From positions 436,364 to 500,363 of the forward strand of contig ML996696.1 of NCBI GenBank assembly GCA_010356995.1: a DNA stretch of 64,000 bases, read 5' to 3'. The position numbers and the translations under genes were made by a program. The DNA is from Trichodelitschia bisporula (Eukaryota). The notes beneath the pieces are model-generated. The model ran no database searches, was not told where the DNA came from, and saw only the letters and a program-made list of their open reading frames with translations. This document shows positions 10,023 through 22,266 of this stretch, piece after piece; positions within the stretch are counted from its first letter, which is position 1; the number at the start of each line of letters is the position of its first letter.

Positions 10023-11806
10023 ATGGCCGACCAGCCTCAGGCAAGCAAGAGCATCCCAGTCCTCCCGCCCATCGGGAACATGAACCCTCAATCACCGCCC
10101 GGCAAGGACGGTATAGTTCGTATGCCGTCATCTCCCCAGCCTACCTCGCACAGAACTAGCTTTGTAGAGAACCTGCGTGGAAACCCCTCGTCTCCGAGAG
10201 CCCATAGAGCGCCGTCCCTGACACAACAAGGCCAGGCCCTGCAGGAATTGCTCAACAACCCGCCGACGGCCAACCAAAGCGGCCACAATGAGTTTACGGG
10301 GCGCGACTGGCGGACGATTCAGGTCGGAGAGATTGTAGATCTTGGGCAAGTCAGATTCGTTGAGATGAGCACCACTGTCGAGGAGGCGACCAATGTGAGT
10401 GATTTATGGTCGCCTGGGGAGACGGGTAGCTGATCATATCCCCAGGCCCTCATCACTGGCGGCTCTCCCAACGTCGTCCTTCTTCGCGACTCGCCTACAT
10501 CGCAGACTGCAATTGGAACCTTTGACTACAGCGATCTGAATGCCTATCTTCTCCTTGTCGTCGGGCTTGCCCAACCGGACGAACGACACAGCTCGTCATT
10601 CAAAGAACTAGCACAGAAGGGGCGCGAAGGGCAGCCCATCCCGCTCCGTGATGTCAAGGATTTGGGGAAGAAAGAGCCTCTTATTACGCTTCCACACTCG
10701 GCAAACCTTACAAAGGCAGTCGAGGTCTTCGGGAGCGGTATTCATCGCATCATAGTGGTCAAAGAGCACACAGCCGACGTAGTGGGTGTTTTGACGCAGC
10801 TCCGGTTGGTGCGCTTCTTCTGGGAGCATAGGCACAACTTTCCCGTCATCGAGCCCCTCTACCAGCGGACACTCAGAGAGCTGGATATTGCCTCGCACTC
10901 GGTGATCGCTATCCAGTAAGTTAGCCCATCCATACATTGAACTATACTCATGGAGAACAGTGGTGACCGTCCCTTGACTGATGCTCTTGAGCTCATGAAT
11001 AACGAGGGCATCACGTCGCTGCCTGTATTGGATCACCAACGCAATGTTATTGGAAATATCTCCCATGTCGACGTCCGCGTACGTGGTCCTCCTGGCTGGC
11101 TTTGACTTACGGCAGCTAATGCTCACAGCTTCTCACAAAAAACACCTCGCTACCCCTTCTCCGCTCCTCCTGTATCCATTTCATCTCTGTCATCCTTTCC
11201 GAGCGAGGAGTCAACGACGGCAAAGACTCATATCCTGTCTTCTACGTAAACCCCTTTTCCACCCTCGCACATACTGTTGCCAAGCTCGTAGCGACCGTAT
11301 CCCACCGGTAAGTTCAATCCTTCTCCTTGCTGGGCGTTGTTAATGTCTCCAGTATGTGGGTTGTTGAGTCCCCATCTCCCGCATCCTCCGGCCCACCCAC
11401 ACCCCTCCTCACCCCTTCAGCCCCTGTCCTTTCCGCCAACTTGCTGTCCAGCGGCATAAGCGCCAGCCCATCTCTAGGCGGAGCGCCAACTACACTGACT
11501 GGAGCCCCGCCTTTGACCAGCGCTCCGGTAACGGCGAATCTGTCGACTGGTTCGCTCCCGCCCGGTTCCCTCTCCGGGCACCTGGCAGGCGTGGTGAGCC
11601 TGACAGATATCCTAAACGTCTTTGCGAAGGCCAGTGGTCTGCACCCCAACGACCCGAACGATACGCGGCGGCAGCGGCGAAGAAGCAGCAGCGCCAGCGT
11701 CCGTCGGAGTGTCGAAAGCAGTCGCAGCGAAAGTGTCGGTGGTGGTAGCATCAGTGGCGGGGATTTGAGCCGGCGCGGGAGTATCAGCGGTGCCGGGAGG
11801 AGGTGA
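10023..11806 (+). CDS. SDS23: CBS-domain protein of the Sds23/Sds24 family
   Basis: Exons 10023-10394, 10446-10915, 10961-11078, 11129-11307, 11353-11806 with four canonical 45-51 nt introns. Motifs [92 protein letters not shown]. Confidence 0.88.
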
Positions 11807-12427
11807 GAAGGAGTCTTAGAGCTTTTATGCGCGGTATGGACCTCCTCAAGCCCTTTTATCTCATCCTCTTTTCGCGTAATTATTTTTCAGGTGCGTGATA
11901 GCCATCTAGTGCGTCTTCTTGTTCTTCAGTCCCCCCCCCTTGCAAAAGCGGTGACGGAGGAATTACCGCTGTGGGTCGTGCGGATGCTGTGCGCCATTTG
12001 TGGATAGCGACAGGGTGTATCTCCTAGACGAATTCATGCTTATCGAGTCCCCGCCCGTTACCTTTGTGAAACTCGGATCACGAAGACCGCCGATGACAAG
12101 GCAGCCGGCCCGAACCGACCGACGTCCGCTCACTCGCCCCGCCGGGATGTTGAAAGCAGGCGAAGAACAGAGTCGACCCACCCCCTCGCGCATCTCAGCC
12201 TTCCCATTTAACTCCGCCCCGCTCCACAAGCCTTGGCATCCCCTCCGCCTGCAGCAGCGCGGCGCAGCTCAAGTGGATATGTAGCTTAATTCCGCCTTCA
12301 GGAATGGGCCCACAATGTGGGAAGGCCCAAGCCGCTAAGGGTCCGGCGGAGCGGTCTCCTGCGTCCGGGCTGAGCGAGAGGAGCACAAGCTTTGAGGGTG
12401 GAAGCTTGGAGGGAGGAGCGGACTTGG

Positions 12428-12488
12428 CGTGGTGCTTGATGGTGAGGTGGTGTGGTGGTGTGGTGGTGTGGTGGTGTGGTGGTGTGGG
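12428..12488. repeat. Low-complexity (GGT/GGTGT) microsatellite
   Basis: GGTGGTGTGGTGGTGTGGTGGTGTGGTGGTGT..., about 5 copies of an 8-nt TGGTGGTG-type unit. Confidence 0.8.
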
Positions 12489-12525
12489 AGGAAGCTTGGC
12501 GGCGGAGAGGGATAGCGTGATGTTT

Positions 12526-12589
12526 ATCTGAGGAAGCTGCGATCTGGGGAGGCTGTGATCTGGGGAATTTGCGATCTGAGGAAGCTGCA
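12526..12589. repeat. 4 x 16-bp minisatellite
   Basis: ATCTGAGGAAGCTGCG / ATCTGGGGAGGCTGTG / ATCTGGGGAATTTGCG / ATCTGAGGAAGCTGCA. Confidence 0.85.
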
Positions 12590-14762
12590 GTTTGTTGAAG
12601 AGCGTTCCGACATGTCTCCTTCGCATCCAACAATCCTCTTCCTGCTCAACGGATCTGCGTATTGTACCTGCATAGGTCCAGGTTCCAGCTCGTTAATGGC
12701 TGTTAAGCTTTGTACGATTAACAGCGAGGTGACAATGGCGCGTTTCTAGTGTCTTATGTGAGCTTCTGCTGACAACTGTGAACATAATCTATTGGCTGAC
12801 TTCGAGCCTGATCATGAGTTACATCGAATGCAAACTATTCCATGCCGTCGGGGAGAGTCTGTCATGTACTCGTGGCTGCCGTGAAGGGTGTCCCTATCAT
12901 GTGCATCTTAGCCAGAGGGGAATGTCGGCATTTGAGAGACACTGTCAAGATACAGAGCCCGCCGGCTCTCGAAGGCCGTGATGTTATACCTCCCGATAAC
13001 ATTGTGTCGTACGCGAGCCATTCCATTCGACTTCAGTTTCGGATTCCTTCATGCGCCCAACGGCAAGGCCGTACTTGGATTATATCACTGTCTCCTTTCT
13101 TCAGCATCCGTTCCTACTCTGACGGTGTGGATTCTCGATCCGTTTAACACACTGCCTCGTTCAAATGTCTCAGAGCTAAAAACAAATTTGACAGCAGTAC
13201 TACAGTATATTGCTTCATCCCTGGATGATTCTACGGCTGTGCGTATCATCAGCCAGTAAAAGGGGACGAATGTCATGCATACTATGGAATGGCCGGGAAG
13301 ATCCATCATGATCCAGATCCGCAGCCAAATCACCTCCTCCAAGGCAATCCCTGACGGCCCGCGATGAATCGGAATGATTATCATCACCCGCAGGCGATGC
13401 CGACCTGGTTCCCGGTGCAACATCACCCGTCGCATTGGCCTACTTCATTCCTGCAAGGCTGACACTTAGCCTAGCAATGCCCTACCGGGCAGAACCTGGA
13501 AGCCGGTCGCCTGCGCGGTCAGTCCGATGGCGAGTACAGTTCGCCTCGCCACGGTCGCCGCATGGACCCGACGTCGGTGTTCAAGACTAGTTCTCAGCAT
13601 ATGGCGATCGGGGAGCGACGAAGCTACCACGCATGCTGCGGTGTCGCCTTCCGGCTTAATCGTAGTCCATGAGGTGCCAGAGGGGGCTAACGAAGCCTCG
13701 AATATTGGCGAGTCTAGGCGATCTGGATATGCTTAAGTGAATTTGGCGCCGGCCCATCACGCGCTGTCAGTGTTTGCTGAAGAGCATGCGGCGTGAGTGG
13801 GCACGGTAGACGATGCTGCATGTAGCTTCACACCACTTCTACCGGATGCGCGCCTGAATGTACAAAGCGAACTGACATACGGTATTGGGGTACGGCGGCA
13901 GCTTATTGGACTTGCCCGGATGCCCCTCAACGGGTTGCGACTTTCTCGAAAGGTTCATCAACCGCCTCGCCAGGCGGACTCCCATTCGTGTTGTGGGTGG
14001 TTAACCAATCGGCCTGTCTCGATGACATTCCAACACCCCCCGCATATCACAAATCAGCCACTCCGTCGGGGATGTGTCTCACTATTTCCACCTCGGCATG
14101 CACTCCGCTCCGTCGAATATACTAGCCGCAGTGACATTTCAAAGGCCGCTGCGCAGACAAACTACCGTAGTTGCGGGCAATGCAACTGCGGGGGGTAGTG
14201 GGGATGACAGGATACGGTAGTATGGTGACTATTCGCGCAGCTCTCAATGGAAAAGACAATTCGGGCAGAATTCTCGAATCCGTCGAGGCGATCTTTTCCG
14301 CCCGGTCGGTGGGAACTCTCCCGGCGTGCAACCACTCCCCACGCGGGATTTGGAGCCAAGGACCAAGAAGCTGGGGTTTGAGCAACTTCAACCAGGATAC
14401 TGGGGTGGCCACGACGAATGGCTGGGCGACCGGGAACGGACGGTCGGATAGAGTCCTCAAGGCGGGCATCCTTTGCGCGACCCCACTTTGCCATGTGCTT
14501 CCTTCCATTGCACGACACGACATGCTGCAGGTATGCGCTGAGACATTAACCTCCCAATGGAGTCGAAGCTATCCGCATGAGCAGCGACGATGAGCCATGA
14601 GGAAGTGCATCGTGATTGAAAACGCCAGCTACGAGCACGAGGAAAGAATGATGTGCAGGCGACTGGCCAGCGTACGGTAGAGGGAAACAACCATCGCCAC
14701 AAAAGCTCGGCACTGATGAAAATTGTGAAGAAATAGGCAAACAAACCTTCTACCCAGAGACC

Positions 14763-14789
14763 AACGTGGTGATGGCGACTTGAAACGTG
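14763..14789 (-). promoter_or_regulatory. Two CACGTT-type (low-affinity Pho4/NUC-1-like) sites
   Basis: AACGTG at 14763-14768 and 14784-14789, 21 bp apart (two helical turns), ~1.35 kb upstream of PHO84. Confidence 0.35.
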
Positions 14790-15347
14790 CTTGGCTGGCG
14801 ACTGTGAATGGTCAACGGGCGAGGCCGAGCCAAGAGGCTGAATGCCAATTTGGAAGCCAAGTGACCTCGCGGATGAAATTGGCGCGAGCTGCTTTGCGAC
14901 CAATAGTCGAAGAGGAGCGGAGCCGTGCGGGACGGCTCTTCAGTAGCGTTGATGGGAAGGCTGTGGGGGAGAAGGACTTCTGATATTGACACCGGAGAGG
15001 ACCCCGAACGGCGGCAACCGATGAGAGAGACAGTTTGGGGTAGTGGCATTCAATGGAAAAATAGAAGGCATCCGTGTGATGGATGACAACTTCCGTTGTG
15101 TCCAGCCCCCTCTGTGTTTACGAAGTACCCCACTTTGCGCTCCACCCCACTGCTTTCCCCCCGCATGGCCAACGACGTGAGAAAAAATGGGGCCGGCGTT
15201 ACTCCTCCCACACTTGGGCGGCCCAGACTCAGATTTAGCGCCCGTTGTTGCAGGCGCCATCTTCAGCCTCATCCACGCCAAGCAACGCTTATGACCAGGC
15301 GGGGCTGGAACCCTTCGAGAAGGAAGGACCGTGGACCAATCAAAGCG

Positions 15348-15357
15348 CCCACGTGGG
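15348..15357. promoter_or_regulatory. Pho4/NUC-1/PalcA-type E-box CCCACGTGGG
   Basis: Perfect 10-bp palindrome with a CACGTG core ~780 bp upstream of the phosphate transporter ATG; CACGTG is the established PHO-regulon bHLH site. Confidence 0.6.
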
Positions 15358-16137
15358 GATTGCGACGACTGTGTTTCGACGACATCTCGCAACGCCACGA
15401 AATACGCCACATCAAGCCACCTCTCGGGATGTTCAGGACGAGGGGCACCCACGGACCTTATCATCCCAGTACCACAGTACGGTAGTAGTAACCTCAAGTG
15501 CTGGAGAATGCACACACAAGTGCAACCCAGGGATTAGGAAGACAACCGTATTACGAGCTCCTTCGCCTTACTGGACCTAGTGGTGGGGGGGGGGGGGTCC
15601 ACCAGCCAGTGATGTGCTTCCTGTGGCCTTTCGACTAGGACTACCCCCCCATCGTCCTCGCCGTCCTCTCCCCTCCACCCCGCCCACTCGTCCGTATGGG
15701 GTCCAGAGGAGGATTGCATGAGGCTGACGGCTTGGATGGCTGATTTTGTTTGTGTGCTCGAATGTCGCTCGACGCTAGAGAAATCCCCACCCTCTGGCGC
15801 AAGCAACAACTTCTCACGCCTGGCATTGATACGGCAGTCACTTCATTCGCCGTCCGAGCTCGCTTGCATGGATCGCTCTTTCCCCGTTCGGTGGTGCAGC
15901 CTCGACCTGACGCGTGAAATGGTCGGTCGCGCCTTCCACATCCACATTTAACTGCTCTGCCGTCCCGCTCTCAAGGCTTTATCAACCCCTCCCCTCCCCC
16001 CCCCCATCACCTCTACCACCACCCACTTCTTCTCCCCCAAACACCATTCTCCTCTTCATCCACCACTCCCTTTCCTCACTGCGTTTCCCCCACCTAGTTT
16101 CTGTTCTTTCGCGTCGCATTGCGACCGCACCGGCGCC

Positions 16138-18001
16138 ATGGTCACTAAGACATCCGGTGGCAATGCCGCCTTCCACAACTTCCATAACGACTACGCCCAC
16201 GTCGCCGACCCCAACGAGCGTCGTCGTCTTGCGCTCGCAGAAATCGACAAGGCTCCGTTCGGCTGGTATCACATTCGTGCCATCATCGTCGCCGGCATTG
16301 GCTTCTTCACCGATGCGTACGATCTGTTCGCCGTCGGCCTCGTCACCAACATGCTCGGCATGGTTTACTGGCAGGACTCGAAGACCCCCGGTTTGATCCC
16401 CGCCAAGGCCGATACCGCCATCAAGATCTCTACTTCTGCCGGAACTGTCGTCGGTCAGGTTGGCTTCGGTATCCTTGCTGATATCGTCGGGCGCAAGCGC
16501 ATGTACGGACTGGAACTGATGGTCATCATCTTCGCCACCGTCGCCCAAGCTCTTTCCTCGGACTCCAAAGCAATATCTATCGTCGGGATCATCGTGTTCT
16601 GGCGTGTGATTATGGGGATCGGTATGTATAAACTCGAATTTACGTCCGATGCGGTTCCCTAGGGCCCATGCAGACGGCAGCTGTAGAGATAGCTAGCTAA
16701 CATACGGATAGGTATTGGCGGTGATTATCCATTGTCCAGCATCATCACTTCTGAGTTCGCTACAACCAAGTGGCGCGGTGCTATGATGGGCTCAGTCTTT
16801 GCGATGCAGGGTATTGGCCAGTTTGGCGCCGGTATCATGGCTCTCATCGTCACTGCCGGTTTCAAGGAATCCCTGGAGACGGCGAAGACTGCTGGGGCTT
16901 GCACCGGTGTTTGCGGTCTCGCCGTGGACAAGATGTGGCGCATTGTCATCGGTTTTGGCGCTGTTCCTGGCTGCATTGCGCTCTACTACCGCCTGACCAT
17001 TCCGGAGACTCCCCGCTACACCTTTGACGTCGCCCGTGATATCGTTCAGGGTGGCTCTGATGCTAAGGCCTATCTCGACGGCGTTGCCCACGGTGTTCCC
17101 GACGAGATTGAGCGCGTCAAGGTGATGCAGGAGGACTCGGATCGGCTCGAGGTTCCAAAGGCTTCTGTCTCCGAGTTCATCTCGTGGATCTCGAAGTGGC
17201 AGAACGGCAAGGTCCTGCTCGGAACCGCGGGATCATGGTTCCTGCTTGATGTGGCCTTCTATGGTGTTGGGTTGAACAACGCTGTCATTCTGAAGCAGAT
17301 CGGTTACGCCGGTGGCAAGTAAGTTGATAAGTTCTTGGAATTTCATGGAAGAGGAAGGCTAACCGACAACCAGGGACGTCTACCATATCCTGTACAACAC
17401 GGCTGTTGGAAACTTGATCATCGTTTGCGCTGGTGCGATTCCTGGTTACTGGGTTACCGTCGCCTTCGTCGATACCTGGGGGCGTAAGCCGATCCAGCTC
17501 ATGGGCTTCACGATTCTCACCATTTTGTTCTGCATTATGGGTTTCGGCTATCACAAGCTCAGTGGACACGCGCTCCTCGGCCTCTACGTCCTGGCTCAGT
17601 TCTTCTTTAACTTTGGCCCCAACTCCACCACCTTCATCGTCCCTGGTGAATGCTTCCCTACGCGCTACAGATCGACCTCCCATGGTATCTCGGCGGCATC
17701 CGGAAAGGTCGGTGCCATCATCGCGCAGGCTCTGATTGGCCCACTCCGCACCCGTGGGGCCACCAAGACCAACGCCAGCCCGTGGCTCAACCACGTGCTT
17801 CAGATCTTCGCTCTGTTCATGTTCCTCGGCATCTTCACGACGCTCCTGATCCCGGAGACCAAGCGGAAGACTCTTGAGCAGCTTGCGGGTGAAGTTCCTG
17901 GTACCCCTGAGTACGACGTCGCGCAGGGCCTTGGCCGTCACGCGGACTCTCCTACTGGCGATGTGCACAAGGAGTCTCAGACTCCTGAAAAGATCGTTTA
18001 A
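16138..18001 (+). CDS. PHO84: High-affinity phosphate:H+ symporter (MFS), 572 aa
   Basis: Exons 16138-16621, 16712-17318, 17374-18001 (1719 nt). DPNERRRLALAEIDKAPFGWYH, GIGFFTDAYDLF, GIGIGGDYPLSSIITSEFA, FFFNFGPNSTTFIVPGECFPTRYRSTSHGISAASGK. Confidence 0.95.
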
Positions 18002-18497
18002 AGTGTTTGCGTTCCAGTTTCTTGCTGCCCTCTTTTGCGGATGTATGGTTGTAGAGTAGCGAGAATTTAGATACCCAGGGGATGATCTTTTGCGTTCTCT
18101 TATGTCTCTTTTTCTCGGCGATGTTCACTACATCATACACGTAGCTGCATGGAGGGATAGGTTTTAATCATGACCATGTCAACAATCTTGCCTCCCACTC
18201 TGACCATTGAATGTGACCATTGAATGTGATGTGAAGCTGGCCCTGAATCATTATGTCGGAAGGAGAAGTATAGGTCGTCGGGAGAGACCAAGTGAAGGAC
18301 TAACCGAGAGCCGAGATACGTGTTGAGGTGCAGATCATGGGAATTCGTACTTGATACACACTACGTAAGGCAAAGTAAATATCTGACATATTTGCGCCGC
18401 CAATGCCCCATCGCCCACCCAATGCCCTTGTTCTCCAGTTGTACAACGAAGCGGAGATGCCCACCATTCATATACCATCCATCTGTCCCCGATCCCT

Positions 18498-21400
18498 CTA
18501 GAGATAGCGCTTCTCAAACGCCTCCTCATAGCACTGCACATGGTCGCCGACCCGGAACCCATCCCAGGCGGCAAACGTCATGCCACACTCCGTGTCCTTG
18601 TTCATCTCCTGCGTGTCCTTCTTCCCGCTGCGCAGCGACGCCAGAAGCCCTGAATGAACAATTAGCACTAATCCTCACCAGCCAAAGAGGAAGAGAAAGG
18701 AGGAACAACGCACCATCATACACCGTCTCACCCCCCCTCACAACCCGCACCTTACTCCCCCTCTTCATAACCCCGTTTCGAACCCTGCACCCAGCGGTAG
18801 TGACACTATTCCGCTTAAACGTAACGTGGAACACCTGCAGCACCTCCGCCTCCCCAACAACCCGCTGCACCACCTTCGGCGGGAGCAGCTCGTTCAAACT
18901 CGCAGTAACATCCTCCGCAATGCGGTAAATAATACTCTGCTCCAGCAACCGCACGCCCTTATCCTCCGCAATCTGCCGCACACGCCCTTCCTCAATCCCC
19001 ACATTGAACGCAATAACCCCCCCGCCAGCCGCAGCCGCATGCTCGACATCGAACCGCGTGACCGGCCCGACGCCACTGCGGAGCACTCGGGCACGAACCT
19101 CGTGGTTCCCGAGTCCGGACAGGACTTCGGCGACCGCCTCGACGGAGCCCGCGACGTCGGCCTTGATGATAAAGGTTGCATACTTAACCCCCTCCTGCTC
19201 CTCCTCCTTTGTCTCGCGCGGCCGCACAACCGCGCCATCGGCCTCCGTCTCAAGCGCCTTAGCCTCGCGCGCGGCCTGCTTCTCCCGCTCACGGCGCTCC
19301 TGCTCCGCGCGGCGGCCCGCGTTGATAGCATTCATATCGCGGGCGAGGCTTTCGCGCTCAATCGCATCAGCGCGCAGCTCCGTGACCGCAGCAGCGTGAT
19401 GCTCGCCCTCAGCAGCGAGAACCTCGTCGCCTGCGGCAGGTGCGCCGCGCCAGCCATCGACTTCGATCGGTGTGCCGGGGGGCGCTTCATCGACCGTCAC
19501 ACCCGCCTCGTTGTGCAAGGTCCGGACCTTGGCCCACGCGGTGCCGGCGACGATGATATCCCCCGGCCTTAGGGTGCCGCGGCGGACCAGGATGGTGGCG
19601 ACCTTGCCGTTACGGCGGGTAGCCGCTTCCAAAATCCAGCCCTCGACGGGGCCGGTAGGCGGGGCGCGCATATCGAGGACTTCACCCAGGGCAACGACAG
19701 CGTCCTCAAGCTCGCGCATGCCCTGCCCCGTCTTGCCGCTAACTTCAACGACCTGGGTATCGCCGCCAATATCCTCAGTCTCGACGCCGTAGCGGGAGAG
19801 ATCGCGCTTGACGCGGGCGGGGTTAGCCTCTTCCTTATCGATTTTGTTAAGCGCGACGATAAGCGGGACGTTAGCTGCTTTAGCGTGTTTGATTGCCTCG
19901 ATAGTTTGCGGCATAACGGAGTCGTCGGCGGCGACGACCAAGATTACGATGTCGGTTACTGTGGCGCCGCGCTGGCGCATGGCGAGGAAGGCAGCGTGGC
20001 CGGGCGTGTCGAGGAAGGTGATGGTGCGGCCAGGGGAGAGGAGCACGCTGAAAGCGCCGATGTGCTGCGTGATGCCGCCGTGCTCGGTGGCTGCGACGGA
20101 GGATTTGCGCATGTAGTCCAGAATGGTGGTCTTGCCGTGGTCGACGTGGCCCATGATTGTTACGATAGGCGGGCGAGGGAGAAGCTCCGCCGGATCCTCG
20201 GGCAGTGGCGCGGCGACGAGATCATGGGACGCGCTCGTGTCAACGACTGGTTCGAACCCGAACTCGACTGCGATGAGACCGGCGTTTTCCGCGTCGATAA
20301 CATGATCGTAGGCGATCTCGGTGAAGCCAAGCTCTTCCATCTTCCGCACGAAGGGCTCGAGGCGGACGCCGAGAGCAGTGGCCAAGTTCGAGACACTGAT
20401 ATACTCGGGAAGGTTTATGGATGGAACCTGTGGCTGCGCAGCCTCCTGTTCCCGTCGCTTCTTCTCTGCCATTTCCCTCTTTCGCCGCTGCTTAGCATTA
20501 TCCCAGTCCCCCTCGTCCTCCTCTTCAGCGTCGAAACGTTGCCGGCGACGGCCTTTGTCAAGGGCCTTTCCGCGAGGAACCTCCTCTACCTCGTCCTCCT
20601 CCCAGCGAGATCGGCCCCGGCGACGGCCTTCCTCCTCTGGTTTGGGAGCTTTTGTATCCGTTGGAGCGGGGAAGCGCATAATCTCGGAGGAGTCTGTGGT
20701 CCCTGGCTCGCCCTGAAACTCTGACCTCGTCTGAAATCCAGTCCGATTTCTGGCATGGGTGGCTCCGTCATTATCCTCCCATCTCCTCGAACCCTGACGC
20801 TGACGCTGAGGGCATTCCCAGGCTAAATGGTCTGTGCCTTTGCACACGTAGCACTCCCTGGTGACTTGAGCCCCAGTGACTGGAGCCCTGGTGTCTGGGG
20901 CCCTGGTGACTGCAGCAAATGGGACGAAGCCTTGAGCTGGGGCTGTCTCCAGAGCACTCCAAGCACTGGTTGTTTTGACCTTCGGTTTGGTCTGCGTCTC
21001 CTCTGTGCCCTGCACATCCTGCTGTGGCTCCCTTCTGCGCCTCGGGAGAGACCAGTGGGAGGTGATATTAGGGTCCAAGGGAGTCGAGGCGGGAAAGTCG
21101 TGCTGAACCATCCTAACGCGTAATGAGGAGTTATCAGAACTCTGAGCTTCTCCTGGTCGTTGCCAGTTTCGTGTACCAAATCGCTGCCGGTGCCCACTGT
21201 TCCTCTTCCCTTCCTCTTCCCGCTGTTCTCCCATGAATGGTTTTAGCGTGCCCGCCAAGGCATCCTGGATACCCGCTGAGAGTCCTCTTTGTGAGGCGTT
21301 TTGATCAGATCGTGACCGGTTTTGGAAGGCATTTCGGTTTCCCATTGGCCTGAGCGGGGGTGCAGGCATATCGCGGGAGATTTGCTTCCGGATGACACTA

Positions 21401-21818
21401 CGCTCAGGTTGGTAACTGTCAGGCCTGAAGCTCATCTGCGCCCGTTCTTGAGGCCGAGTCGAAGCAGGAGACGTGGTCGGGGGTGGTAGAGCTCTATCCC
21501 CAGCGGCAGCGGGTGCTCTTGTCCCAAGCATCCCTCCATACTGTATTCCTCCGGATCGCGGCCCGGGAACAGCAGAGCCGACGCCATCGCCGTCGTCGGC
21601 CTTAGCTGCTGCAGCTACATATTGCGCTGGCGTCCGGGTGGAATTGAAACGACGACGCTGAACAAGAGACGTTCGCGGGATGGACAGAGGGGTAGAAAGC
21701 TGCGCGCAAAAGACACAAATGTCCTGTGTCGCCGAGATCTGGAAGCGGGAATTAGCTGGAAGCTTCTATCCCCTATACACTGGAAGTTAATTACCGCGAG
21801 CCCAGGCTGACGACGCAT
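18498..21818 (-). CDS. IFM1: Mitochondrial translation initiation factor IF-2, ~1066 aa
   Basis: Exons 21818-21795, 21738-18714, 18649-18498 (3201 nt). Presequence [29 protein letters not shown]-domain [54 protein letters not shown]-terminus [18 protein letters not shown]. Confidence 0.93.
20857..20916. repeat. 4 x 15-bp coding tandem repeat inside IFM1
   Basis: CCCTGGTGACTTGAG / CCCCAGTGACTGGAG / CCCTGGTGTCTGGGG / CCCTGGTGACTGCAG, encoding [19 protein letters not shown] on the minus strand. Confidence 0.8.
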
Positions 21819-22266
21819 ACTCTCTTGTGAAAGAATGGATGCGCGTTGCAGCTGCGGATGTCATCGCGACCGAAGTTCAACAAAAACTTCGCCCGGAGCT
21901 TGTCATGTGACCGTAATCGATTATCACTGGGCGGATCCGATGCACCGCCGAACCGCCGCACTGCATGTTCTAGGCCTCAGCCTCAAAGGAGACTTCAGAA
22001 CGACTTCGGTATGCATCACATCTCAGCTTCAAATCTCTCCAAGTACACATCTTTCCTCCTAATTTATGCGCTTCTCTTAGGCTATTGTATCTGACCCTGT
22101 TGCCATCACTTGACACTGAAACCTACTGGCATCGACCGCTGTCCAACGTCCGTGACGGTTCAAACGGAGAAGTCTGCATGCCGTCATCACATCCGTACTT
22201 CATTTGACCGAGTCTTTCGCCACTTTGCCTACATCCGTAGTTCTGCGAGTTCAATCCAACAACCAA

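Noticed and set aside
12526..12589. Regularly spaced repeats as a possible CRISPR-like array
   Set aside because: Units are directly adjacent with no unique spacers; eukaryotic context with no cas genes.
12600..13260. Short ORFs (64-101 aa) upstream of PHO84
   Set aside because: No recognisable domain, and I could not build a consistent spliced model.
18201..18226. TGACCATTGAATG x2; similar two-copy duplications at 38122-38157 and 60051-60078
   Set aside because: Ordinary short slippage duplications with no further structure.
18526..18713. ORF-track C-terminus of IF2 ([12 protein letters not shown]...)
   Set aside because: Read-through of intron 18713-18650; the spliced frame restores the conserved IF2 C-terminus ending at 18498.
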